From a virus (lineage: Duplodnaviria; Caudoviricetes), in IMG/VR virus record IMGVR_UViG_3300037499_000222, positions 1 to 27,393 of that record: a stretch of 27,393 bases of DNA; one strand, 5' to 3'. Below, piece by piece: positions 6,788-15,623 of the stretch. Below the pieces are notes generated by a model. It made no database searches, was not told where the DNA came from, and was given only the letters and a program-made list of their open reading frames with translations. Numbering within the stretch: position 1 is the first letter of the stretch; each line of letters starts with the position of its first letter. The position numbers were made by a program, and so were the translations under genes.

Positions 6788-8415
6788 GTGACGAACACGC
6801 ATTCGAAGCGACCAGCCAAGGCGGTGTGATAGTCGCATCCGAGGTAGACCCCGACATTGTCGAAACGTCCATCGACTCCGGGCTGCTCAACCTCTACGAA
6901 GGGGCTGCATGGGTTGAGCCAGTGAAACGTGCTCTTGCCTCCTGGGCCGAGGACACACGTAGGGGCGGGCGACGTGATCGCAGCATTTTCGCCAGAGACA
7001 AGTTTGTCACACCCGGCAAGATCTTTGAGCAGATGGCCATGGCCGAAGACGCCATGGACGACGACGTGGTAGGTGGTGTTTATGACACCTCCGAAGCTAT
7101 GGCCTTCAAGAAAATGTCCATGCAATGCCAGGACCCAGACCAACGTGACGTGTGGAACCAGATTGCCAAAGACTTGAACCTTGATGCTTTCCTCCGCATG
7201 GCGTGGCGGGAACTCTTCAAGTCATCCCAATACTACGGAGTGATGTGGTGGGGGCGTAAGACATACCGGGTTCGTGGAAGCGGGGAGCAGCGGAAACGAC
7301 GCAAAGCCTTTGACCTTGTCGTCCCGATGGCTCTCGGTGTGCTCGATCCGACACGTATCGTGCCGGTTGGGGCGACCCTGTTCGGGGATCGACAGTTGGC
7401 GTGGATAGCAGACGAAGGAGAACAGGCCCTTTTCAGGAAGGTGAAAGAGGATCGTGTCCTAGATGATCAGCTTGTCAAACAGATCTTCCTCGGACCATAC
7501 AAGCCTTCAGCATCTGAAGCTCAAAAGCTGCAAAGCGAAGACATCCCTGTTGACCGTCTCTGGCTGCTCAACCCAGTCAACGTCTGGGCGGGCACCCTCA
7601 CCAAAGCAACGTATGAACGTTGGGCGCGAGTACGGATGAAGGCGATATTTTCGTTGCTCGACATGAAACATCAGCTAAGAGAGATGGATCGGGCATTCCT
7701 TCTTGGGGGAATCAACTTCATCGTTCTTGTCAAGAAAGGCACCGACGCGCTCCCAGTGAAGAAGGCATCGGAGGTGACGCTCGTAGCAGAACAGATGCGC
7801 TCACAATCCAAATCGTCGGTCATTGTCTCAGACCATCGGCTCGAAATTGAAATCATCACCCCAGACCTTGAGCACATCATGGACGGAGAGAAATGGTCTG
7901 TGCTCGACGACCGGATCAGACTCCGACTGTGGGGAAGCATCGCGCCACCATCAGACACCGGCAACAAGGAGAATCAGATAACCCTGGCCAAGGTGGTATC
8001 CCTTGGGATCGAGAACCGCCGTCATATGCTCAAGCGGGACATGGAGGCAGCCGTCATAGATGCCACCCGCGACCGTAACGAGGCGGACCTCGATGAGCCA
8101 GCGTCACTCGAATACGCACCACGGCGCGTGGACCTCCTTTTCGACTCGCAGGTGGCCACTGTCTTTCAGGAGATCCGAGATCGTGGTGACCTGTCACGCG
8201 AAACGATTCTCGAAGAGTTCGGTTTCGACCTCGCCCTGGAGCGTCAGCGCCGGGAGGCAGAGAAGGACACTCCCGAGGGAGCAGAGGACGACGAGATCTT
8301 CGCTCCGGTCAATGTCCCATTCAACTCACCCGACAATCAGACCACTCCCGGTGGTGCGGGCCGACGAGGCGGTAGGCCGCCTGAGAACCCCGGTCCATCG
8401 ACAGAGACCGGGTAA
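6784..8415 (+). CDS. portal protein
   Basis: 543 aa, position after terL; portal-like tail GDLSRETILEEFGFDLALERQRREAE then a disordered C-terminus. Confidence 0.8.
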   Translation: MSDEHAFEATSQGGVIVASEVDPDIVETSIDSGLLNLYEGAAWVEPVKRALASWAEDTRRGGRRDRSIFARDKFVTPGKIFEQMAMAEDAMDDDVVGGVYDTSEAMAFKKMSMQCQDPDQRDVWNQIAKDLNLDAFLRMAWRELFKSSQYYGVMWWGRKTYRVRGSGEQRKRRKAFDLVVPMALGVLDPTRIVPVGATLFGDRQLAWIADEGEQALFRKVKEDRVLDDQLVKQIFLGPYKPSASEAQKLQSEDIPVDRLWLLNPVNVWAGTLTKATYERWARVRMKAIFSLLDMKHQLREMDRAFLLGGINFIVLVKKGTDALPVKKASEVTLVAEQMRSQSKSSVIVSDHRLEIEIITPDLEHIMDGEKWSVLDDRIRLRLWGSIAPPSDTGNKENQITLAKVVSLGIENRRHMLKRDMEAAVIDATRDRNEADLDEPASLEYAPRRVDLLFDSQVATVFQEIRDRGDLSRETILEEFGFDLALERQRREAEKDTPEGAEDDEIFAPVNVPFNSPDNQTTPGGAGRRGGRPPENPGPSTETG

Positions 8416-8431
8416 CCTTCGTACGAAGGAG
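8413..8431 (+). promoter_or_regulatory. perfect 14-bp palindrome CCTTCGTACGAAGG overlapping the -10 box and RBS
   Basis: Palindrome at 8416-8429, TAACCT at 8413-8418, AAGGAG RBS for the GTG at 8437. Confidence 0.6.
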
Positions 8432-8436
8432 TAACA

Positions 8437-9192
8437 GTGTCAGAAGCGTTTGTCTTCGAACGAAACAACAAGGTCTACCTCAACGCCGTGGCGCGGATCA
8501 TCTCAGACCCCGAAGACCTCCCGCGTGAGCTTGCCTTTGCTTTGAAGGGGAAACGCCTCAACCCGGCTTTCGTCTGGGTGTCAGGTCGTTACGTGCAAGG
8601 CGAGCAGATGAACACTAACGGCCAGTTTTGGACGACCGATGATCTCAAAGCTGGAGAGTATTCGATCCAATACACACCTCTCAACGTTCTTCACGAATGG
8701 CAATATCCAATCGGCACCTTTGTCGAAACCAAGCTCGTCCACCGGGAAGCCGCAGCCGAGGGAGAACTGCTGCCAGAGATCCAGGCTCTGTCTCTCATCT
8801 GGGCATCCAACTTCCCCCAGGTGGCAGATGCCGCCCGCGACGCTCACGACAAAGGGAAGCTCTGGTATTCGATGGAATGCACTGGTGAGGCGAAGCAGTG
8901 CCTGACCTGTAACAACACCTACGAATGGGCAGCCGCACGTTTCTGCGCCCATCTCGAAGGATCGAAGACAGCCCCACGACGATTTATCAATCCGGTGTTC
9001 CACGGTGGCGCTCTCATCTTCCCGCCAGTCGAGCCGGGTTGGGCCGACGCAGACATCGAAGAGGTGGCTAAAGCAGCACGCGAATACGCTGACCGTTCTC
9101 CGGTGGCATACAGCCAACTACCTGGAGGGTTGTCGGACAATGAGCGGATAGCACTCGAACATCTCTACAAGCTGAGAAGCACTCAGTTGTAA
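8437..9192 (+). CDS. capsid maturation (prohead) protease
   Basis: N.NG..W, PLNVLH...IG (His), YSMEC (Ser) followed by a CxxC...CxH zinc knuckle; lies between portal and scaffold. Confidence 0.7.
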   Translation: MSEAFVFERNNKVYLNAVARIISDPEDLPRELAFALKGKRLNPAFVWVSGRYVQGEQMNTNGQFWTTDDLKAGEYSIQYTPLNVLHEWQYPIGTFVETKLVHREAAAEGELLPEIQALSLIWASNFPQVADAARDAHDKGKLWYSMECTGEAKQCLTCNNTYEWAAARFCAHLEGSKTAPRRFINPVFHGGALIFPPVEPGWADADIEEVAKAAREYADRSPVAYSQLPGGLSDNERIALEHLYKLRSTQL

Positions 9193-9233
9193 TTCGATGT
9201 GTTACTCTTCTCTCGTACGAAGGATGGCAGCAC

Positions 9234-9866
9234 ATGAGGCCAGGCCAAGCAGAACATGACAAGCTGAAGGCCGAACTGCCCGAAAGTGCGGAATGTCTGG
9301 CCGACTGCCCTTACTGCGCTGACAACCGGGAGAAAGCCTCGAAGGAGGAAAAGGTGAGTACCGAGAAGGTTTATGACCAAGAGTCTGTGGACGCTCTCCT
9401 TGAGTCCGCCCGTTCGAAGGCTGCCCAGGAGGCGCGCAGCGAAGCCGAGACCGAACTGGCTCAGGCCAAGGCTGCATTGACGGCGAAGGAAGAGGAACTC
9501 ACCGAGGCTCAAACCAAGGTCACAACCCTCGAAACTCAGATCCAAGAGCGTGACGAAAAGGAACGCCTATCCACATTGGCTGACGAGCGAGCCGTGAAGG
9601 TGACCGAGGTCACCGAGTTTTCTGACGAGCAGATCGCAGAACGGAAAGAAGGTTGGGCGAAGATGTCCGAAGAGGACTTCGACACCCTTCTCGCTGATTT
9701 CAAGGCAGTCACCGAAAGCGCGGCAAGCGCCAACGATGACGGCAAGGGAACCAAGAAGCCTCCAAAGCCGCCGACTTCCAGCATTGACGGAACTCGGGAG
9801 ACCGCAGGCAGCGCAGGCACCGAGACGGAGTCCATGAGGAAGTTCCTCGCGGGCTTGAGCGCCTGA
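9234..9866 (+). CDS. capsid scaffolding protein
   Basis: Glu/Ala/Lys-rich coiled coil, short C-terminal helix, position before the capsid genes; second in-frame start at 9354. Confidence 0.75.
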   Translation: MRPGQAEHDKLKAELPESAECLADCPYCADNREKASKEEKVSTEKVYDQESVDALLESARSKAAQEARSEAETELAQAKAALTAKEEELTEAQTKVTTLETQIQERDEKERLSTLADERAVKVTEVTEFSDEQIAERKEGWAKMSEEDFDTLLADFKAVTESAASANDDGKGTKKPPKPPTSSIDGTRETAGSAGTETESMRKFLAGLSA

Positions 9867-9881
9867 AAGGGGGTATAGGCA

Positions 9882-10469
9882 ATGGGTTCTAGCACAACAA
9901 CTCGTAACTTCGGGATGCGGCGTTTCACGAACATCGTTCGTGAAGGGCGGTTCCGTGCCCCGGCAGCCGCTGACCTGGTACTCGGTACGGGAGTCGAACT
10001 CGACCCGAACAGCACAACCGATCCGCAGGAGATCCGTCAGATCGACGGCGCAGGCCCCAACGATCTGGGAGGAGCCGGGATTCTGGGTCTTGTCGGTTTG
10101 CTCTGGTATGAGCACGATTCGCAGACCTACGTCGGAGCACCGGCAGGTTCTCTCGTACAGGATTTCAACACGGCCCCACGAGGCCGCATGGTCCAGATAA
10201 TCCGAGGCCCCGGAGTCAAAGTGTGGTTCCGCAACACTGAAGCCGACACCCCCGAAGCGGGATTGAACTTCCCCGCCACCCGTGTGGAACAGGTCATGGT
10301 GGCCGCTCTCGGCTTTGACGGGGCAGGCGACCTGGCTCCAGACAACCTGCTCGCCTGGGATGCCGTGGCCGGGAACTGGGCGGAAACAGCAGTTTTGGCC
10401 GAGGCGTTCATGCGTGTCACTTATGCAGACAACGCCCTTAACACCTGCGACGCAGAGCTTCTGCTCTAG
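9882..10469 (+). CDS. capsid decoration/cement protein (putative)
   Basis: 195-aa beta/Gly-Ala-rich ORF directly before the major capsid gene. Confidence 0.55.
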   Translation: MGSSTTTRNFGMRRFTNIVREGRFRAPAAADLVLGTGVELDPNSTTDPQEIRQIDGAGPNDLGGAGILGLVGLLWYEHDSQTYVGAPAGSLVQDFNTAPRGRMVQIIRGPGVKVWFRNTEADTPEAGLNFPATRVEQVMVAALGFDGAGDLAPDNLLAWDAVAGNWAETAVLAEAFMRVTYADNALNTCDAELLL

Positions 10470-10483
10470 GAAGGAGACCTGAA

Positions 10484-11416
10484 ATGAGCGTCAAGAGTTT
10501 GCTCGACAACAAGGGTCGCACTCCCGAAGAGCGGGAGGCAGCCCGCAAACTCCGTGAGGAGATCAACGAACTCGCCCGCGAGAACTGGCATGACCCCGAA
10601 TGGCGTCGGGAGATGGCAGCCCTGCTCACCGAGTCGATTCTGGAGGGCTTCGAACTCCAGACATTCTTCGATGAGATCGTGGATGTGGAGCGTGTTGGGT
10701 TCGACGACAGGGTGTACCTCGAAGAGATGACAGGTCTCAAGGTCTTCTACATCGCCAAAGGTGGGAACATCGAGGCGAGCGCACTGGTCAGTGAGACCAT
10801 CACCTTGCCTCGTGACACGCTGGGATTCCACGTGTACGAGTTCGAGGACAAGCTCCGCAGTGGGTTCGCTGAGACGGTCAGCCGTCTACGCAACCTTGCG
10901 ATCCGGCGTCTCGACTGGGGCACCACCAACGCGATCAAGAGCCTGGCCCAGGCTTCGATCACGACCGGCTCCCCCTACTTCATCGAAGGTGTCGGGGTCA
11001 GCAAGGCTGCCCTTGACCAGGCGATCCGGGAAGTGGCCGACGAGTCGAACAGCGGTGTGGTCACCGTCTTCGGTCGTTCGACCATGGTCGACCAGATCGC
11101 AGATTTCCCAGGCTTCGCAGATGAGGCCCTGGAGGAGATCCGAGCACGGGGACGCCTGGGACGTTACCGAGGGTCCAGCATTGTCCAGGCTCGCAACTTC
11201 AAGGACGAGGAAGGCGCATCCCACATCCCGGCCAACGAAATGTGGGTCATGTCGGAAGACTTCGGCAAGTTCGCCTTCTACGGAGGACTCCTGTCGAAGG
11301 AATACGTCGAAGACGACAACTGGTACTGGCACTACCTGGGACGCCAAGACTTCGGTGGTGTCGTACACCGTCCAGAACGGGCACGGCGCATCGTCGATAC
11401 CAGCATCACCCCGTAA
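10484..11416 (+). CDS. major capsid protein (HK97 fold)
   Basis: 310 aa, strong AGGAAGGAG RBS, C-ending codon bias, followed by a terminator; GRLGRYRGSSIV and QDFGGVV C-terminal patterns. Confidence 0.85.
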   Translation: MSVKSLLDNKGRTPEEREAARKLREEINELARENWHDPEWRREMAALLTESILEGFELQTFFDEIVDVERVGFDDRVYLEEMTGLKVFYIAKGGNIEASALVSETITLPRDTLGFHVYEFEDKLRSGFAETVSRLRNLAIRRLDWGTTNAIKSLAQASITTGSPYFIEGVGVSKAALDQAIREVADESNSGVVTVFGRSTMVDQIADFPGFADEALEEIRARGRLGRYRGSSIVQARNFKDEEGASHIPANEMWVMSEDFGKFAFYGGLLSKEYVEDDNWYWHYLGRQDFGGVVHRPERARRIVDTSITP

Positions 11417-11439
11417 GGCTGATCCTGGTGATCTGAGAC

Positions 11440-11469
11440 GAGAAGGCCCCCGATATCGGGGGCCTTCTC
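11440..11469 (+). terminator. intrinsic terminator hairpin after the capsid gene
   Basis: Perfect 30-bp palindrome GAGAAGGCCCCCGATATCGGGGGCCTTCTC followed by TTAT. Confidence 0.8.
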
Positions 11470-11533
11470 TTATGCGTGAAACTGGAAAACGCGAATGGTA
11501 TCGTAGTCAAATGTTCGCAGGAAGGATGGAAGA

Positions 11534-12100
11534 ATGACTACTAGGACGACAGTGGAACGGGAGCTTTGGAAGAATGTGTCTCCCGGTCTGCGCTACTACC
11601 TGATTCTTGACATGTTCGGCAACCAGACCCACGGGTTGGTACAGGCGGGCCGCACTTTCACGATCACACCATTGGAGCGTCAACTCAACCAGCAGGCAGC
11701 CCAATCAGCCAAGGCGGACATGTTCCGCAACGGGACGTTCGTTTTGGTCAAGGTGACCGACGACACGATTCAAGCCGAGATCGACTCTCCGAACAGTGTC
11801 ACCGATGCGGAGATCGAAACGGCTGTAGCGGAGGCTGTCGCCGGAGATCCGGTTCCGATCGAAGCGATGCTGGAGCGTCTCTCCTCGATGGTCACCGGCC
11901 AGCGCATCCTCGAAGAGGTGGTCCTCCAGGACGCTCCACAGTCGTTGGTCAACCTGACCAAACAGAGGATCGAAGACCTGACCGACAGGCCGATCGGCCC
12001 TGACGGCAAGCCGATGAAGATTGTGGAACGGGAGGTCATCCCACCGCCCGAAATCCAATCTGAGCCGTTCAAAGCCGAACGGGCAGTACGACCGCGATAG
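11534..12100 (+). CDS. hypothetical head-associated protein
   Basis: 188-aa ORF with RBS, directly after the capsid gene. Confidence 0.7.
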   Translation: MTTRTTVERELWKNVSPGLRYYLILDMFGNQTHGLVQAGRTFTITPLERQLNQQAAQSAKADMFRNGTFVLVKVTDDTIQAEIDSPNSVTDAEIETAVAEAVAGDPVPIEAMLERLSSMVTGQRILEEVVLQDAPQSLVNLTKQRIEDLTDRPIGPDGKPMKIVEREVIPPPEIQSEPFKAERAVRPR

Positions 12101-12109
12101 GAGAGCCTC

Positions 12110-12583
12110 ATGGCCGAGTCGCACGGCGGGTTGGAAGCGATCGCGATCATCCCGTCCACTGTCGAACAACAGCTACGGCGGACCATGGTGTTCGGCCTCC
12201 CGGAGGATGATGCGGAGAAACCCACCTTCTACTTCGCCAAACAGGTGTCATGGGTTGAGCATGACATAGAAGGGAAGCCGTGGGACTGGACGACAGCGCC
12301 AGACACCGAGGTTCAGCCAGCCCCAGTAAAACCGATCTGCGCTTACGAGTTTCATTCACCCCTGGGGCGCACAGGTGCTCAACACAGCGAAGTGGGTGAC
12401 TTCTTCCCCAGCACTGTCGTCGTGACTCTGACGGAAACTGATCTACCTGGTGTGGTTGACTCGTCTTATCTGATCATCGGCCCAGCCAATACGCGCTGGT
12501 GGTTCCGTTACTTCTACCCAACGGTCGGTCTTGGTGGGCTTTCTATTTACCAGGCCCACTTCCAAGCGGAAGACACAGAATGA
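12110..12583 (+). CDS. putative head-closure / head-to-tail protein
   Basis: 157-aa beta-rich ORF, AGGAG RBS, neck-gene position. Confidence 0.5.
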   Translation: MAESHGGLEAIAIIPSTVEQQLRRTMVFGLPEDDAEKPTFYFAKQVSWVEHDIEGKPWDWTTAPDTEVQPAPVKPICAYEFHSPLGRTGAQHSEVGDFFPSTVVVTLTETDLPGVVDSSYLIIGPANTRWWFRYFYPTVGLGGLSIYQAHFQAEDTE

Positions 12584-12747
12584 ACGGGTGGCAGGATCGG
12601 ATTTGTCAGTTCTGCTGGCATGACAATGAGCTACACGACTACACGCCTGACAAGCGTGTACCGAAAGAGGTACAACCGGGGAAATACATGTGTTTGGATT
12701 GCGCCAGTTGTGATGTCGAACGGGTGGGGGTAGGAAATGCCGCCTGA
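12580..12747 (+). CDS. small Cys/His-rich protein (55 aa)
   Basis: ATGA overlap; CQFCWH...H...CLDCASC. Confidence 0.6.
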   Translation: MNGWQDRICQFCWHDNELHDYTPDKRVPKEVQPGKYMCLDCASCDVERVGVGNAA

Positions 12748-13231
12748 TGGTGGACTACGTGATCGGCTGATCCACGAAAGCCTCTTTAACGCGATCCAAA
12801 CCGCCCTCGCGGATCTCGGATGGTTCGATGCCGGGAGGCAGCACATTCCGATCACCATGATCGACGAATTCCCAGACGAGAACGCGGATGTCGCCTTTAA
12901 CACGCTCGCCTTCTCGATGGGTGACAGCGGGGGTGTGCCCACGGAGATGGGGAACACCGCCGAAGACCACGAGATCGTCTTTTTCATCGACTTCTTCGCG
13001 GAGGATGACGCTATCGGACGCCACCTGCGTGGAGACATCTACAACTACCTGACCGCCAACCAGATCCAACCCGTCTTCGACTACTCCCAGGCTTTGGACC
13101 CTCAAGTGTTCACGGTTGAAATCCAGGAGGACATCGACAAGCGCAAACCCGACCGGGCCGTCCAAAAATGGCAGAAACACTGGTATGTGATCTCCTTCTC
13201 CGTCATCGACTATGGGAGGGTTCCCGTATGA
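12737..13231 (+). CDS. putative tail terminator/completion protein
   Basis: 164 aa, acidic; FFIDFFAEDDAIGRHLRGDI fits a tail-terminator-like pattern; synteny. Confidence 0.55.
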   Translation: MPPDGGLRDRLIHESLFNAIQTALADLGWFDAGRQHIPITMIDEFPDENADVAFNTLAFSMGDSGGVPTEMGNTAEDHEIVFFIDFFAEDDAIGRHLRGDIYNYLTANQIQPVFDYSQALDPQVFTVEIQEDIDKRKPDRAVQKWQKHWYVISFSVIDYGRVPV

Positions 13232-13521
13232 GCCGAGACAACAGCTACGCCAAGAATCTTCTGGCCCAGAGAGGTCGCCGGGCTGTCGCCACCCTGCTCA
13301 ACTGGCTGGAAAGCAACGTCTACCAGCACCTACCCGAAGAGCTACAAGCTGAAACACGCAGCCGGGTGATGGCGGTCATGGGTGAATACCAGGACCTGGC
13401 CATGGACATGGTCGCCGCCGACACCGGCATCATCAACGACTACTGGGCAGAAGCGCTCACGGACATCCACACGATACTGAGGAGGATCGATGGTCACTAT
13501 AAAGTATCGTCTGATCGGTGA
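13228..13521 (+). CDS. hypothetical helical protein
   Basis: ATGA overlap, 97 aa. Confidence 0.65.
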   Translation: MSRDNSYAKNLLAQRGRRAVATLLNWLESNVYQHLPEELQAETRSRVMAVMGEYQDLAMDMVAADTGIINDYWAEALTDIHTILRRIDGHYKVSSDR

Positions 13522-14230
13522 CCCCGCTTTCAAGTTCCGCCTCGGTCTCGAACGGTTCGCCGGTCCAGAAATCGATGACATCCACAAACAGGTGGCCGTT
13601 CAACTCACCACCGAGGCGAAACGTATCCTCCAAGCCAGCATCAAACGTCCTTGGGAGTCAGGCAACCGTAGCGGTTTCAGGCTCACCGGGGCGCTCACCG
13701 GGAAACACGGACGGAAAGCCGCCATCCAGACGAGGATCATCAATCGTGGAGGAGAGGCGCAGGCTAAAGGGGTCGGATTTCCCGACATAGCCGAACTCAA
13801 CCGGAGGGCCGCACACTGGCGTCGACTCGAATACGGTGACGAAGCCATCGGTGTCACCAACATCCTTCCCACCGGCCTTTTCATCCAGGGGGGTACACCA
13901 CAGCCACTCCGCGGACGAACCGCAGGGGACACCTTCATTCTGCTCGGGGAGTTTTCACGTCGGGCGCGCGCTTTGGGAGCCGGTGGGGCGCGTCGTGCGC
14001 GGGGACCGCTTGGTCCGATCGGCCAACGGCGGGTTCGTTTCGAGCCGGGTCGTCGTACTGAAACAGAAGGCGGTAGAGGCAACGTCCGGTTGACAGCACC
14101 AGCCAAACCGATCGAGAAGAAAGAGTTTCTTCAAGGGGCATGGGACTCTGTCGCAGGGCCGGAAGGGCGGTTGATTATCGACAAATACGAGAAGGCGATA
14201 CAGGACATCTTCGGGGAGTTCCGCCGCTGA
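13490..14230 (+). CDS. putative neck/tail-completion protein (HK97 gp10-like)
   Basis: Basic and Arg/Gly-rich; TGAL...I, HWRRLEYG and KEFLQGAWD motifs recall the gp10 family. Confidence 0.55.
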   Translation: MVTIKYRLIGDPAFKFRLGLERFAGPEIDDIHKQVAVQLTTEAKRILQASIKRPWESGNRSGFRLTGALTGKHGRKAAIQTRIINRGGEAQAKGVGFPDIAELNRRAAHWRRLEYGDEAIGVTNILPTGLFIQGGTPQPLRGRTAGDTFILLGEFSRRARALGAGGARRARGPLGPIGQRRVRFEPGRRTETEGGRGNVRLTAPAKPIEKKEFLQGAWDSVAGPEGRLIIDKYEKAIQDIFGEFRR

Positions 14231-14241
14231 GAGGACAAACG

Positions 14242-14264
14242 CTCGCACGAACGTGTGCTAGCCT
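14242..14264 (+). promoter_or_regulatory. promoter with operator upstream of the major tail gene
   Basis: CTCGCACGAAC then extended -10 TGC-TAGCCT (14259-14264). Confidence 0.5.
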
Positions 14265-14300
14265 GACGGTTGACCTAAAGGTTTAGAAGGACGGTGAACG

Positions 14301-15524
14301 ATGGCTATCAAGGCTGGCCAAATCCTCCACGTTGGTAACGGGTTCCTAGTCGATCGAATCCAGTCCGCTGGTGCCGGGTCGGTGAACGTCAACACTGAGC
14401 GCATCGAGGAACTCGGCAACTACCAGGCTGTCGCAACAATCCGCGATATTCCCGACCTGTCGTTCGAAATGGAAACGTTCGACATGGGCACCGAGATGCA
14501 CGAAATCCTGTTCAACGCAGGGGCAGGCGATGCAGCCGGTACCAAATACGATGTTGAAATCGACATCTCTCCCCTCGACATCATCTCACCGTTCAAGGGA
14601 GAGGGCCTGTTCACCACAGTGCGGGGTCTCATCATCCCGTTCCTCAACGTCGAGTCGCTCGCCTACAACTTCTCATTGGACAACGCCGGAGCACTCACAG
14701 TAGGTCTCCGTGGTGATTCGATCTTCTACGTACCCGGTTCGGTCTACCGAGAGGTTTTCGTCGGAGACGGGATAGCCACAGAATTCACTTACGGTGCCGG
14801 TACCGGAGGCGTCGCAGGTCCGTCCCTCAAATCGGTTATCGACGGGAACAACTGGTTCGCTCTCGGTGTGCTCATTGAAGACACCCTGACCACACCGTCA
14901 ACATGGACGAGGTTGCGGTTCGGGGTGGACTACACCAACACCGCCACAGCGGTCACCACCACCGCCACATACCCGGCAACCACCAACATCTACATCCTCT
15001 ACGGAAATGCGGCAGCCGCCACCTACGCCCAAGGTGTTCACAAGGCTGTCACTGCGGCCACACCAGCAGCCGTCAAAGGTCGTCACATCGAAGTCCAATT
15101 CGGGGCGACACAAACCTCATGGCTTGGGGTCCAGTCGGCGTCGGTGGAGTGGCGAGCCACCCTGGAACGCGACGAGGAGTTCAACAACCCCAACGTCGTA
15201 GACCAGGATTTCGACGTGCCGGATGTGACAGGAACCATCACCATGAAGGCAGCCACCGCGGCAGCCCTATTCGATCAGATCCTCGCCGCCCACGGCATCA
15301 CATCACCCGACATCGTGAACGCTGTGTCCGATCCACCGCAGATCGACGTGCGACTCCTGGTCAAGTCACCTGTGGACGGTACGACAATCCAGACACTGAA
15401 CGTCCCCGACGCCCAGTTCGACCCTGAAGCGATCGCAGGACAGGTCGGCAACAAGCTCGAAGTGGACTTCAACTTCACGTCGGCTGGTGGAGACCTTGAC
15501 GTGTACAAGGGTGACATGCCATAG
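14301..15524 (+). CDS. major tail (tube) protein
   Basis: 407 aa; ERIEELGN...DIPDLSFEME and VDQDFDVPDVTGTI beta patterns; followed by a terminator and chaperone genes. Confidence 0.8.
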   Translation: MAIKAGQILHVGNGFLVDRIQSAGAGSVNVNTERIEELGNYQAVATIRDIPDLSFEMETFDMGTEMHEILFNAGAGDAAGTKYDVEIDISPLDIISPFKGEGLFTTVRGLIIPFLNVESLAYNFSLDNAGALTVGLRGDSIFYVPGSVYREVFVGDGIATEFTYGAGTGGVAGPSLKSVIDGNNWFALGVLIEDTLTTPSTWTRLRFGVDYTNTATAVTTTATYPATTNIYILYGNAAAATYAQGVHKAVTAATPAAVKGRHIEVQFGATQTSWLGVQSASVEWRATLERDEEFNNPNVVDQDFDVPDVTGTITMKAATAAALFDQILAAHGITSPDIVNAVSDPPQIDVRLLVKSPVDGTTIQTLNVPDAQFDPEAIAGQVGNKLEVDFNFTSAGGDLDVYKGDMP

Positions 15525-15558
15525 AATTCCTCACTAGCGGCAACAGCAACAGAGGAAC

Positions 15559-15586
15559 GAGAAGGAACCCTACGGGGTTCCTTCTC
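15559..15586 (+). terminator. intrinsic terminator hairpin after the major tail gene
   Basis: GAGAAGGAACCC-TACG-GGGTTCCTTCTC: 12-bp stem with a cUACGg tetraloop, followed by TTGT. Confidence 0.8.
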
Positions 15587-15623
15587 TTGTATGCTGTGAA
15601 ACGTTCATAGGAAGGATGGAAGA

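Noticed and set aside
6791-6806. ACGAACACGCATTCGA resembling a canonical actinobacterial SOS box just inside the portal gene
   Set aside because: Two mismatches to TCGAAC-N4-GTTCGA, one in the core; lies in coding sequence (DEHAFE); single instance
10761-11537. 258-aa alternative-frame ORF overlapping the capsid gene
   Set aside because: Ser/Arg/Pro/Thr-rich composition typical of off-frame reading of biased codons
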